Assembly (NCBI GenBank): GCA_001767195.1
Contig: MEKU01000003.1
Location: 20,710 to 84,709, forward strand
Source: Acidobacteria bacterium RIFCSPLOWO2_02_FULL_67_21
GTDB taxonomy: Bacteria > Acidobacteriota > Vicinamibacteria > Vicinamibacterales > UBA2999
Length of the DNA: 64,000 bases
Direction of reading: 5' to 3'
The notes beneath the pieces are model-generated. The model worked only from the letters and a program-made list of their open reading frames with translations. It did no database searches and had not been told where the DNA came from. A program made the translations under genes and the position numbers. Positions 52,432 through 62,855 of the stretch are shown one piece after another. How positions within the stretch are numbered: the stretch's first letter is position 1; the number at the start of each line of letters is the position of its first letter.

Positions 52432-53823
52432 TTAGCCGGGCTGAAGCCCGGCACTACGTACGAACTTCTCCTCGTCCATCCACGCATCCAGCTCCCGCAG
52501 CGCCCGTTCCGCGATTGCCGTCTTGCGATCCCTGGTGCGCCGCGGGGCCGCCTCGTCTGGCGGCGCGATAATGCCGAAGGTGATGTTGGTCGGCTGGTAG
52601 TGTCCCGGATCGGCGTGCGAGACGTAATGCGCCAGCGCGCCAATGGCCGTCGTCCGCGGCGCCACGCGCGGCGTGCCGCCGAGCGCGAGCGCGGCGGCGT
52701 TGCGGCCAGCCATCAGCCCTGACGCCGCCGATTCGACGTAGCCTTCGACGCCCGACATCTGGCCGGCGAAGAGCAGGTCGGCGCGGCGGCGGGTCTGCCA
52801 CGTGTCGCGGAGCACCCGCGGGCCGTTGACGTACGTGTTCCGGTGGACCATGCCGAAGCGCACGAATTCAGCCTGCTCCAGCCCGGGGATCAGCTTGAGC
52901 ACCCGCGCCTGCTCGCCCCATTTCAACTGGGTTTGAAACCCGACCAGGCTGTAGTGGTCGCCGGCAATATTGTCCTGCCGCAGCTGAACGACGGCGTACG
53001 ACGGGCGGTCGGTTCGAGGATCGACGAGCCCGACCGGCTTCATCGGGCCGAATCGCAACGTGTCGTGGCCGCGGTGGGCCATCACCTCGATGGGCAAACA
53101 GCCTTCGAAGAACCGCTCCTTGTCGAAGTCGTGGACCGTGGCCGATTCGGCTGTCACGAGCGCATCCCAGAACCGGTCGTACTCCTCCTTCGTCATCGGG
53201 CAGTTCAGGTAGTCGCCGTCGCTGGCATCAGGCGGACCTGAAGGTCCGCCTCTACGGACATCCCCGAGGCTCCGGTCCCATCGCGAGGCGCGGAAGATGC
53301 GCGTCATGTCGATGCTGTCGGCCAGCACGATCGGACTGATGGCGTCGTAGAAGTACAGGTGCTCGCCCCCGACGAAGGCGGCGATTGCCGCAGACAGCGC
53401 GTCCGAGGTCAGCGGCCCGGTGGCGACGACGAGCGGGTACATGGACGGATCGTCGGGAAGCCGTTCGACTTCCTCGCGCACGATCGAGATCGAGGGGTGC
53501 GCGGAGATGGCGTCGGTGATCGCCTGCGAGAACCCCTCCCGATCCACCGCGAGCGCGGCGCCTGCGGGAACGCGATTCGCGTCGGCCGCCCGCATCACGA
53601 GCGACCCGAGCCGGCGCATCTCCTCCTTCAGCAGCCCGACGGCGTTATCCAGCTTGTCGCCACGGAACGAGTTCGAGCAGACCAGCTCGGCGAGGCGATC
53701 GGTCTTGTGCACCGCGGTGGGACGCACCGGGCGCATTTCGTGAAGCACGACGCGGACGCCGCGCGACGCCGCCTGCCATGCCGCCTCGGACCCTGCGAGT
53801 CCGCCCCCGACGATGTGAATCAT
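52432..53823 (-). CDS. trmFO: Methylenetetrahydrofolate-tRNA-(uracil-5-)-methyltransferase TrmFO (Gid)
   Basis: Trimmed to MIHIVGGGLAGSEAAWQAA (FAD GxGxxG). Also CSNSFR, YLNCPMTKEEY and FAGQMSGVEGYVESAASG, typical of TrmFO. Confidence 0.9.
   Translation of the reverse strand: MIHIVGGGLAGSEAAWQAASRGVRVVLHEMRPVRPTAVHKTDRLAELVCSNSFRGDKLDNAVGLLKEEMRRLGSLVMRAADANRVPAGAALAVDREGFSQAITDAISAHPSISIVREEVERLPDDPSMYPLVVATGPLTSDALSAAIAAFVGGEHLYFYDAISPIVLADSIDMTRIFRASRWDRSLGDVRRGGPSGPPDASDGDYLNCPMTKEEYDRFWDALVTAESATVHDFDKERFFEGCLPIEVMAHRGHDTLRFGPMKPVGLVDPRTDRPSYAVVQLRQDNIAGDHYSLVGFQTQLKWGEQARVLKLIPGLEQAEFVRFGMVHRNTYVNGPRVLRDTWQTRRRADLLFAGQMSGVEGYVESAASGLMAGRNAAALALGGTPRVAPRTTAIGALAHYVSHADPGHYQPTNITFGIIAPPDEAAPRRTRDRKTAIAERALRELDAWMDEEKFVRSAGLQPG
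53231..53250. repeat. REP-like perfect palindrome GGCGGACCTGAAGGTCCGCC, located inside the trmFO coding sequence
   Basis: Identical 20-mer plus a shared CTCT tail at 59500-59523, where it is intergenic. 9-bp arms with a 2-nt centre. Confidence 0.9.
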
Positions 53824-53824
53824 G

Positions 53825-56587
53825 TCAGGCGCCGGCGGCTTTGCGCCGGGCGGCGCGCGGCGCGGGCGCCGCGGCGGCGCCACGGCGACGGCCGCCGGCC
53901 CTCCGCGGTGAGGGCGCCGCGTTGCGGCGCGCCTCCAGCAACTCGACGGCCTGCTCGAACGTGACCGCATCGGGGCTGGTCCCCCTCGGAATCGACGCGT
54001 TGACGGTTCCGTCGGTGACGTACGGGCCGTATCGCCCGGCCAGCAGGCGCAGCGTCGCGCCGTCCCGGGTCAGCTCCCGGAGCACCTTCTTCTGCGCCGA
54101 CTGCCGCCGGCGCGACTGCTTCGGCGCCCGCAGCAGGGCGAGCGCCGCATCGAACGAGACGTTGAACACGTCCTGGTCCGATTCAAGCGATCGGAACTCG
54201 TCGTTGTGCTTCACATAGGGGCCGAACCGGCCGACGTTGGTGGTGATCGGCTCGTTGTCGTCCGGATGCAGGCCGACCACGCGCGGCAGCGACAGCAGCC
54301 TGAGCGCCTCCTCCAGCGTCACGGTCGAATCCGTCATTCCCGCCTGCAGCGACGCGCGCTTCGGCTTCGGCGCCGGCACCGCCTTCACCTTCTTACTTCT
54401 GACTGTGGACTTCTGACTTGGTTCAGGCGTCTCGCCGAGCTGCACGTACGCGCCGTACCGCCCGCTCATCACATACACCTGCTGGCCCGTCGCCGGATCG
54501 ACGCCGAGGCTTCTCGGCCCTTCCGCCTTGACGCGGACGAGCTCGAGCGCGCGGTCGGCGGTGAGATCCGCGGGCGCCACGTCCTCCGGCAGCGATGCGG
54601 TACGCCCCGGACCGCCCTCGCCCACCTGCACGAACGGCCCGAAGCGGCCGATCCGCACGCGGACCGGCTCGCCGGACTCCGGGTCAGTACCGAGGTCGAG
54701 CAGCGGATAGTCCGCCTGCTGCTCGCCGCGTTCGACGGCCGGCAGCAGGCCCCGGTGCTTCTTGTCGCCGAAGTAGAACTGACGGAGAAACGCCACCGAC
54801 TCGCGCTCGCCGCGGGAGATCTCGTCGAGATCGTCCTCCATCTCGGCAGTGAAGTCGCTTTCAACGAAGTCGCCGAAGTGCTCGCGGAGCAGTTTGGTGA
54901 CCGCGAACGCGGTGAAGCTGGGCACGAGCGCCTTGCCCTGCCGAAACACGTAGCCGCGGCGGACGATGGTGGCAATCGTCGGCGCGTACGTCGACGGACG
55001 GCCGATGCCGAGCCGCTCCAGCTCCTTGATGAGCGAAGCCTCGGTAAATCGCGCCGGAGGCGACGTCTCATGCCGCTTCGGCTCGACCCCGGCCAGCGTC
55101 ATCGCAGCGCCGGCCGCCGGCGCCGCCTGATCCGCATGGACCCGGTCGCCCACCTGGCACTGCGGGAGGATCGCCTCCTGCTCCTCGAGCTCCGCGGCCG
55201 GATCGTCGCTGCCCTCGACGTACGCGCGGCGGAATCCGGCAAACTCGATCGCCTTGCCGCCGGCGGTGAACACCGCGGTCTCGCCGCCGTCGGCCTGCGC
55301 CGACAGTTCGAGCGTGGTGCGCAGCACGCGCGCGTCCACCATCTGCGACGCCATCGTCCGCTTCCAGACCAGGTCGTAGACCTTCAGGTCGTCCGGATCC
55401 ACGATCCCTTCGAGCTGCGACGGCGCGAGACGGAAGTCGGTGGGCCGGATCGCCTCGTGGGCCTCCTGGGCATTCTTGACCTTCGTCTGATACCGCCGCG
55501 GGCCGTCGTGGTACTCCGCGCCGAACAGCTCGCGGATGACGCGCGCCGATTCCTGCAGCGCCTTGTCGGACAGCGTTGTCGAATCGGTGCGGTGATAGGT
55601 GATGAGGCCTTCCATCTCGCCGTTGCCGATGTCGACGCCCTGGAACAGCCGCTGCGCCGCCTGCATGGTCCGTTCGGTGGAGTACCCCAGCTTGCGGCTC
55701 GCCTCCTGGGTCAGCGTCGACGTCGTAAACGGCGGCGCGGGCCGCTCCACGCCCGGCTTCTGCTCCACCGCGCTGACGGTCCAGGGCACGTTGCGGCGGA
55801 CGGCGTCGGCGAGCGCGCGGGTGGCCGCCTCGTCCAGCAGCCGCGCCTGGCCGCCGCGAAGCGCGCCGGTGCCCGCATCGAAATCCTTGCCGGTGGCGAC
55901 GCGCCGGTCGCCAACGCGCACGAGCGTCGCCGTGAACTCACGGCCGTCGCCGCGCAGCGAGGCCTCGAGGTCCCAGTACACCGCGGCTCGAAACGCCCGC
56001 CGCTCTTCCTCGCGCTCGACGATCAGGCGCACGGCGACGCTCTGCACGCGCCCCGCGCTCAACCCGGTCTGCACCTTCTTCCACAGCAGCGGCGACAGCG
56101 TGTAGCCGTAGAGCCGGTCGAGGATGCGGCGGCTCTCCTGCGCGCGGACGAGGTTCTCGTCGAGGCGGCCCGGGTGATCGAGCGCCTCCTTCACGGCGTC
56201 CTCGGTGATCTCGTGGAAGACGATGCGGCGCACCGGCACCTTCGGCTTGAGCACCTGCGTCAGATGCCAGCTGATCGACTCGCCCTCGCGATCGGGGTCG
56301 GTCGCCAGCAGCACCTCCGACGCGTCCTTCAACGCGGTCTTGAGGTGCGCCACCTGCTTCTTCTTGTCGCCGGGGACAACGTAATAGGGCTTGAACTCGC
56401 GCTCGACATCCACGCCGAGGCGCCCCCACTCCTGGTCCTTGATCTCCTTGGGGACCTCCGCCGCCGACTCCGGCAGATCGCGGATGTGGCCGTAGCTCGC
56501 CTCGACGCGGTACTTCGAGCCGAGAAATCGGCCGAGCGTCTTCGCCTTGGCCGGCGATTCAACGATGACCAGCGGCTTTCCAGCCAT
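53825..56587 (-). CDS. topA: DNA topoisomerase I
   Basis: 920 aa with Toprim PLVIVESPAKAKT and core motifs. The C-terminus has four Cys-free GR(F/Y)G(P/A)(F/Y)V repeats and a basic tail. Confidence 0.95.
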   Translation of the reverse strand: MAGKPLVIVESPAKAKTLGRFLGSKYRVEASYGHIRDLPESAAEVPKEIKDQEWGRLGVDVEREFKPYYVVPGDKKKQVAHLKTALKDASEVLLATDPDREGESISWHLTQVLKPKVPVRRIVFHEITEDAVKEALDHPGRLDENLVRAQESRRILDRLYGYTLSPLLWKKVQTGLSAGRVQSVAVRLIVEREEERRAFRAAVYWDLEASLRGDGREFTATLVRVGDRRVATGKDFDAGTGALRGGQARLLDEAATRALADAVRRNVPWTVSAVEQKPGVERPAPPFTTSTLTQEASRKLGYSTERTMQAAQRLFQGVDIGNGEMEGLITYHRTDSTTLSDKALQESARVIRELFGAEYHDGPRRYQTKVKNAQEAHEAIRPTDFRLAPSQLEGIVDPDDLKVYDLVWKRTMASQMVDARVLRTTLELSAQADGGETAVFTAGGKAIEFAGFRRAYVEGSDDPAAELEEQEAILPQCQVGDRVHADQAAPAAGAAMTLAGVEPKRHETSPPARFTEASLIKELERLGIGRPSTYAPTIATIVRRGYVFRQGKALVPSFTAFAVTKLLREHFGDFVESDFTAEMEDDLDEISRGERESVAFLRQFYFGDKKHRGLLPAVERGEQQADYPLLDLGTDPESGEPVRVRIGRFGPFVQVGEGGPGRTASLPEDVAPADLTADRALELVRVKAEGPRSLGVDPATGQQVYVMSGRYGAYVQLGETPEPSQKSTVRSKKVKAVPAPKPKRASLQAGMTDSTVTLEEALRLLSLPRVVGLHPDDNEPITTNVGRFGPYVKHNDEFRSLESDQDVFNVSFDAALALLRAPKQSRRRQSAQKKVLRELTRDGATLRLLAGRYGPYVTDGTVNASIPRGTSPDAVTFEQAVELLEARRNAAPSPRRAGGRRRGAAAAPAPRAARRKAAGA

Positions 56588-56598
56588 GCGCGTTCACA

Positions 56599-57621
56599 CT
56601 AACACGGGGCCGCCGACCTCATGAAACGGCCGCCGCCGACCCGCTGCACAAACCCCTGCAGCTCGAGCTCGAGCAGCCTGGGCAGCAAACGTGCGGCATC
56701 GACGCCCGCAAGCGAGGCCAGCTGGTCCAGATCGTACGCCTCCCCCACGTGCATGACGCGAAGGAGCGGCTCGCGGGCCGCCCGCGCGGGCGCGCCTGTT
56801 CGGGGCGCCGCGGCGCCCTCTGGCGGCCACCCCAGTTCCTCCACGATATCGTCCGCACGCTCCACAATCTTTGCGCCGTCGCGAATTAGGGCGTGCGCCC
56901 CGCGGTTGCGCCCGCTGAGGACGTTGCCGGGCACCGCCATCACCTCGCGACCCTGTTCCAGCGCGCAGGCGGCGGTGATGAGCGACCCCGACCGCTCCGA
57001 TGCCTCGACCACGACGACCGCGCGCGACAGGCCGCTGATCAACCGGTTGCGGAGCGGGAAGTGGAACGCCAGCGGCGGCGTGCCCGGTGGATACTCGCTG
57101 AGCACGAGGCCGCGCTCGGCAATCGCGCCGGCCAGCGGGGCGTGCTCGTGCGGGTAGATGCGATCCACACCGGAACCGAGCACGGCAATCGTGCGACCGG
57201 TCCGCAGCGCGCCCCGGTGCGCCGCCGAGTCGACGCCGCGCGCCAGGCCGCTGACGACGGCGACGCCGCGCGCCGCGAGATCCTCGGCGAGCCGCCCGGC
57301 CGTTTCGAGCGCCACCGCCGAGGCGGCGCGCGAGCCGACGATGGCGACCGCCGGCTGGCGCAGGGCCTCGAGCGGACCGCGGAACCAGAGCGCAGGCGGC
57401 GCGTCCGGAATCGCGAGCAGCGCCGCCGGAAACTCCGAGGCGTTCCACGGCAGCACGCCGATCCCCTCCATGGCCGCGCGACGGCGCACGTCGCGCGCAC
57501 GTGCGAGGAGCGGCGCGGCGCGCGCCAGCAGCGCCGGATCGGACGCGCGGAGCCGCGCCGTGAGATCGACGCGAGGCAAATCGGGAACGAGCGACAGCGC
57601 GACAGCCTCATCCATCGTCAT
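56599..57621 (-). CDS. dprA: DNA-processing protein DprA (Smf)
   Basis: Trimmed to MTMDEAVALSL. Also IVGSRAAS, SGLARGVDSAAHRGAL and a C-terminal winged-helix-like domain. Confidence 0.85.
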   Translation of the reverse strand: MTMDEAVALSLVPDLPRVDLTARLRASDPALLARAAPLLARARDVRRRAAMEGIGVLPWNASEFPAALLAIPDAPPALWFRGPLEALRQPAVAIVGSRAASAVALETAGRLAEDLAARGVAVVSGLARGVDSAAHRGALRTGRTIAVLGSGVDRIYPHEHAPLAGAIAERGLVLSEYPPGTPPLAFHFPLRNRLISGLSRAVVVVEASERSGSLITAACALEQGREVMAVPGNVLSGRNRGAHALIRDGAKIVERADDIVEELGWPPEGAAAPRTGAPARAAREPLLRVMHVGEAYDLDQLASLAGVDAARLLPRLLELELQGFVQRVGGGRFMRSAAPC

Positions 57622-57857
57622 TGAGGGCTCCCTGCGGGCGTGGCGCCCGGCTGCGCTGGCAGGTCGGAACGTCTGAAGACACCAAAGGCCGGAGCCTCCG
57701 CGTGACGCTGCACAGCGGCGGCATCCGGCCTCGATGTCCTGATTATAAGCAGCCGGCTCGCACGTTCGCAACGCGGCCGTGACGCATTACGGAAACAGCG
57801 GCCGGGCAGCGCGGCGGCGAACCGTATCTTTGGGCCTGAAATTGAACGATGGTGCGC

Positions 57858-57873
57858 TGGTACACGCCTTGCT
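57858..57873 (+). promoter_or_regulatory. Candidate sigma54 promoter TGGTACACGCCTTGCT
   Basis: Matches TGGCAC-N5-TTGCW with one substitution and exact spacing. It lies 76 nt upstream of the TPR gene start (57949), in the dprA-TPR intergenic region. Confidence 0.45.
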
Positions 57874-57948
57874 CGGCCGTAGTAAGCTATTGAAATATCG
57901 ACCACTTGCCCTCGACCGAGTGACTGACTAACATCAGGGCCTTCCACC

Positions 57949-58302
57949 ATGCGTCCCTCCTGGCTGCTCGCGGCGCTGCTCCTGACCCTCGGCTCGGCCC
58001 CGCTCGCGGCCGACGCACGGAGCGACGCCCACAAGCAGGTCGAGTTCGGGATCGCCGTGGCGCAGCGCGGGCTGTGGCGCGAGGCGATCTACCGCTGGGA
58101 GCGGGCCGTTCAGATCGATCCCTCGTACGCCGCGGCGCACAACAACCTGGCCATCGCGTACGAGCACGAGGGCGAGCTCGACAAGGCGCGCACTGCGTAC
58201 GAGAAGGCGATCGAGCTCGAGCCGAACAATACGTTCATCAAGCAGAACTACGAGCTGTTCAAGGAAATCAATGACCGCACCACTCGCCAGGACACTCAGT
58301 AG
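57949..58302 (+). CDS. Small secreted TPR-repeat protein
   Basis: Signal peptide MRPSWLLAALLLTLGSAPLAA. Two or three TPR units (AAAHNNLAIAYEHEGELDKARTAYEKAIELEPNN). Confidence 0.8.
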   Translation: MRPSWLLAALLLTLGSAPLAADARSDAHKQVEFGIAVAQRGLWREAIYRWERAVQIDPSYAAAHNNLAIAYEHEGELDKARTAYEKAIELEPNNTFIKQNYELFKEINDRTTRQDTQ

Positions 58303-59029
58303 CCTGGCGGCGGTCGCGATGACCGCAGCCTGCAGCAGCTACTACGAGATTCCGATTGAGACGCCGATCAGGCCCAAGCTCGACGTGTCGGCGTTTCAGC
58401 GGGTCTTCGTCGCCGGCTTCATCGCCGGCGGCAGCGAGGACGTCGACGGGAACCTCGAGACGACCCGGCTGCTCCGCAGCCAGCTGCGCACCAAGTCGGA
58501 GCTGCGCGTCATCGATGCCGACGTCCTCCCCCTCATGGAGGTGGCGCTCGAGAACCGCGAGGCCCCAACCGGCCCGGCCGAGCCGGCGGCGGGCGCGATC
58601 AGGGACGACGATGATCTGGAGCAGTACGAGCACGTGTTCGCCAACGTGGAGTACTGGAAGCGGATCGGCGAGGAATTTCAGCAGCCGCTCATCGTGACCG
58701 GCACCGTGATGTTCGCGCCGCAGGCGCGCTCGGGAATCGTGCAGCGCGACCAGGAGGTCTACGACTCGTTCGGGCGCCGCCGCGTGGTGCCGGTCCGGAC
58801 CTATATGGAGCGGAAGGGGTTCGTGCTGCGGCCGCGGTTCATCTTCATCGACGGCCGCAGCGGGACCGTGCTGCACTCCGAGAACTACCGGGAAGAGATC
58901 CTGTACAACACCAACCAGACCTCCCCGGCGCTCTCCTCGTACTTCGAGCTGATGGACCGGCTGATCCCGAGCTTTCTCAGCACGCTGAGCAGCCAGCACA
59001 TCCGAGGCACCCGCATCCTTCTGCAGTAG
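58271..59029 (+). CDS. Hypothetical lipoprotein
   Basis: MTAPLARTLSSLAAVAMTAAC (lipobox). 252 aa. It overlaps the TPR gene end by 32 nt. No recognisable domain. Confidence 0.65.
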   Translation: MTAPLARTLSSLAAVAMTAACSSYYEIPIETPIRPKLDVSAFQRVFVAGFIAGGSEDVDGNLETTRLLRSQLRTKSELRVIDADVLPLMEVALENREAPTGPAEPAAGAIRDDDDLEQYEHVFANVEYWKRIGEEFQQPLIVTGTVMFAPQARSGIVQRDQEVYDSFGRRRVVPVRTYMERKGFVLRPRFIFIDGRSGTVLHSENYREEILYNTNQTSPALSSYFELMDRLIPSFLSTLSSQHIRGTRILLQ

Positions 59030-59185
59030 GGCGGGTCCCGCGAAGCGTCTCGCTCCATCGCGAGCGGACCCGCCGATTGCCAGCGTCGCTGCCAAGGGGG
59101 GCTTCCATTGGCAGCGAAGTCGGGATAAGCTAACTTCTTTGTGCGCGCCGATTTCCGGCCCGCAGTGCACCCCGAGGAACCGACC

Positions 59186-59500
59186 GTGTACGCGATCATT
59201 CAGGCCCGCGGCAGGCAACTGAAGGTGACGCCAGGCGCTATTGTCGAGATCGACGGCCCCCCGGCCGAGGGCGGCGCTGAGCTGACCTTCGACCAGGTGC
59301 TGCTCGTCGAGAAGGACGCCGGCGACGTGGTGGCCGGGGCCCCGTATGTGGCCAACGCCCGCGTGCTCGGGGTGGTCGCCGGCGAGGCACGCGGGCCCAA
59401 GCTGCGGGTGTTCAAGAAGAAGCGGCGCAAGGGGTTCCGGAAGACGCGGGGCCACCGCAGCGTCTTCACCCGCGTGCGGATTACCGAAATTCAGATGTAG
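59186..59500 (+). CDS. rplU: 50S ribosomal protein L21
   Basis: Trimmed to the GTG at 59186: VYAIIQARGRQLKVTPG...KVFKKKRRKGFRKTRGHR (104 aa). Confidence 0.95.
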   Translation: MYAIIQARGRQLKVTPGAIVEIDGPPAEGGAELTFDQVLLVEKDAGDVVAGAPYVANARVLGVVAGEARGPKLRVFKKKRRKGFRKTRGHRSVFTRVRITEIQM

Positions 59501-59555
59501 GCGGACCTGAAGGTCCGCCTCTCCGACGCGTAGCGCCGGGTCTTCAGACCCGGCG
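59500..59555 (+). repeat. Two REP-like hairpins between rplU and rpmA
   Basis: GGCGGACCTGAAGGTCCGCC (59500-59519, same as 53231-53250) and CGCCGGGTC-ttca-GACCCGGCG (59534-59555). No U-tract follows, and rpmA follows with its own SD. Confidence 0.8.
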
Positions 59556-59567
59556 GGGGAATCAGCA

Positions 59568-59825
59568 ATGGCTCATAAGAAAGGTCAAGGCAGCTCACGG
59601 AACGGCCGCGACAGCAACTCGCAGCGGCTCGGGGTGAAGCGGCACGACGGCAATACCGTGACCGGCGGGTCGATCCTCGTGCGCCAGAAGGGACGCCGCT
59701 TCGAGCCCGGCCTTAACGTCGGCCTCGGCAAGGACCACACCCTCTTCGCCAAGATCGACGGCAAAGTGCGGTTCGAGGATCACGGCCGGCGCGGCCGCCG
59801 CATCTCGATCATTCCTGTCCAATAA
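59568..59825 (+). CDS. rpmA: 50S ribosomal protein L27
   Basis: [25 protein letters not shown]..., 85 aa. Confidence 0.95.
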   Translation: MAHKKGQGSSRNGRDSNSQRLGVKRHDGNTVTGGSILVRQKGRRFEPGLNVGLGKDHTLFAKIDGKVRFEDHGRRGRRISIIPVQ

Positions 59826-59830
59826 ACAAC

Positions 59831-59895
59831 ACTCCCAACTTCACAACTTCCAACTCCCAATTCACTGGGGCGTTGGGAGTTGGCATTTTGGGAGT
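59831..59895 (+). terminator. Nested inverted repeat (possible terminator or attenuator) between rpmA and obg
   Basis: The inner stem CAACTCCCAA (59851-60) pairs with TTGGGAGTTG (59873-82) around a 12-nt loop. The outer ACTCCCAA (59831-38) pairs with TTGGGAGT (59888-95). TTTT lies within the descending arm. Confidence 0.5.
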
Positions 59896-59898
59896 TGA

Positions 59899-61721
<1,823 letters not shown>

Positions 61722-62039
61722 GACCACCCGTCCACGAGCGGCGGCGGCGCGCCGGACGCCGCGGCTTCCCCGCACGGTGACCGGCGCGGTGCAGGCGGCC
61801 CTGAGCAAGAAGGCGCGGGACGTCGTCGTCCTGGACTTGCGCAAGACGGGCGGGTTCACCGATTACTTCGTCATCGCCACCGGCGGCAATCCGCGCCAGA
61901 TTCAGGCGGTGGCCGACGCCGTGAAGGAGACGTTGAAGAAGGACTTCGGCGAGCGGCCGGCGGTGGCCGAAGGGGTTGAAACGTCCGAATGGATCCTCCT
62001 CGACTACTTCAACTTCGTCATGCACGTCTTCAGCCCGGA

Positions 62040-62855
62040 GTGCCGGGCGTTCTACGCGCTCGAGCGGCTCTGGGGCGGCGCCGAGCGGCACGATTTTGCC
62101 GAACCGGCGTAGATGCACTGCTGGCGGCGCTGCTGGCGCCGCCGTGCGTCGTGTGCGCCGCCCCGCTCGATGCGCCGCTCGACGGCCCGGTCTGCGCCCT
62201 CTGCTGGCGCCGCGTGCGGCCGCCGGCGCCGCCGCTCTGCCGGACGTGCGGTGATCCGCTGCCGTCGTGGCGGATCATCAGTGCCGCGCTCGAGCACTGC
62301 CCCCGATGCCGGCGCGCTCCGGGTGCGGTCAGCGCGGCCCGCTCGGCCGGCGAATACGACGGGGCACTGCGCGCCATCATGCACGCATTCAAGTACGAAC
62401 GTCGCCGCGGCCTGGCCAGGCCGCTGGCCGCGCTGATGCGCGAGGCCGGGCGGGACGTGCTGCGCGACGCCGACTGCGTCGTGCCGATCCCGCTGCATCC
62501 GTGGCGGCGGCTGCGCCGCGGGTTCAACCAGGCGGACGATCTCGCCCGGCAGCTCGGGCCGCCCGTTGTCCGCCTGCTGTGGCGCACGGCGCAGACGCCG
62601 GCCCAGACCGGGCTGCCGGCCGCCGCACGGCGCCGGAACGTCCGCGACGCATTCCGCCTCTCGCCGCTCCTGACGCGGGCGGCCCGCGATCGATGGCTCG
62701 GCGATTGTGTCGTGGTGCTGGTGGACGACGTGCGCACCACCGGCGCGACGCTCGACGCGTGCGCGACGGTGCTGCGGCGCGCGGGGGCGCGGGAGGTGCG
62801 GGCGCTCACGGCCGCGAGCGCGATCCTCCGCGCTACATCTGGAAGAAGCGCGTGA
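62040..62855 (+). CDS. comF: ComF-family phosphoribosyltransferase-like protein
   Basis: N-terminal Cys pairs (CVVC...CALC, CRTC...CPRC) and the C-terminal PRTase motif [14 protein letters not shown]. The start is uncertain; the GTG at 62040 is the first plausible in-frame start. Confidence 0.75.
   Translation: MPGVLRARAALGRRRAARFCRTGVDALLAALLAPPCVVCAAPLDAPLDGPVCALCWRRVRPPAPPLCRTCGDPLPSWRIISAALEHCPRCRRAPGAVSAARSAGEYDGALRAIMHAFKYERRRGLARPLAALMREAGRDVLRDADCVVPIPLHPWRRLRRGFNQADDLARQLGPPVVRLLWRTAQTPAQTGLPAAARRRNVRDAFRLSPLLTRAARDRWLGDCVVVLVDDVRTTGATLDACATVLRRAGAREVRALTAASAILRATSGRSA

Noticed and set aside
54206-56602. 798-aa plus-strand ORF
   Set aside because: It is a shadow ORF opposite topA, whose product has unambiguous topoisomerase I motifs. 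The translation is Arg/Leu/Ala/His-rich low complexity.
58268-59455. 395-aa minus-strand ORF, with similar long antisense ORFs at 59809..60834, 60498..61463, 62030..63091, 62052..62990 and 56594..57448
   Set aside because: All lie opposite well-supported genes (lipoprotein/rplU, obg, nadD, comF, dprA) and show shadow-ORF composition.
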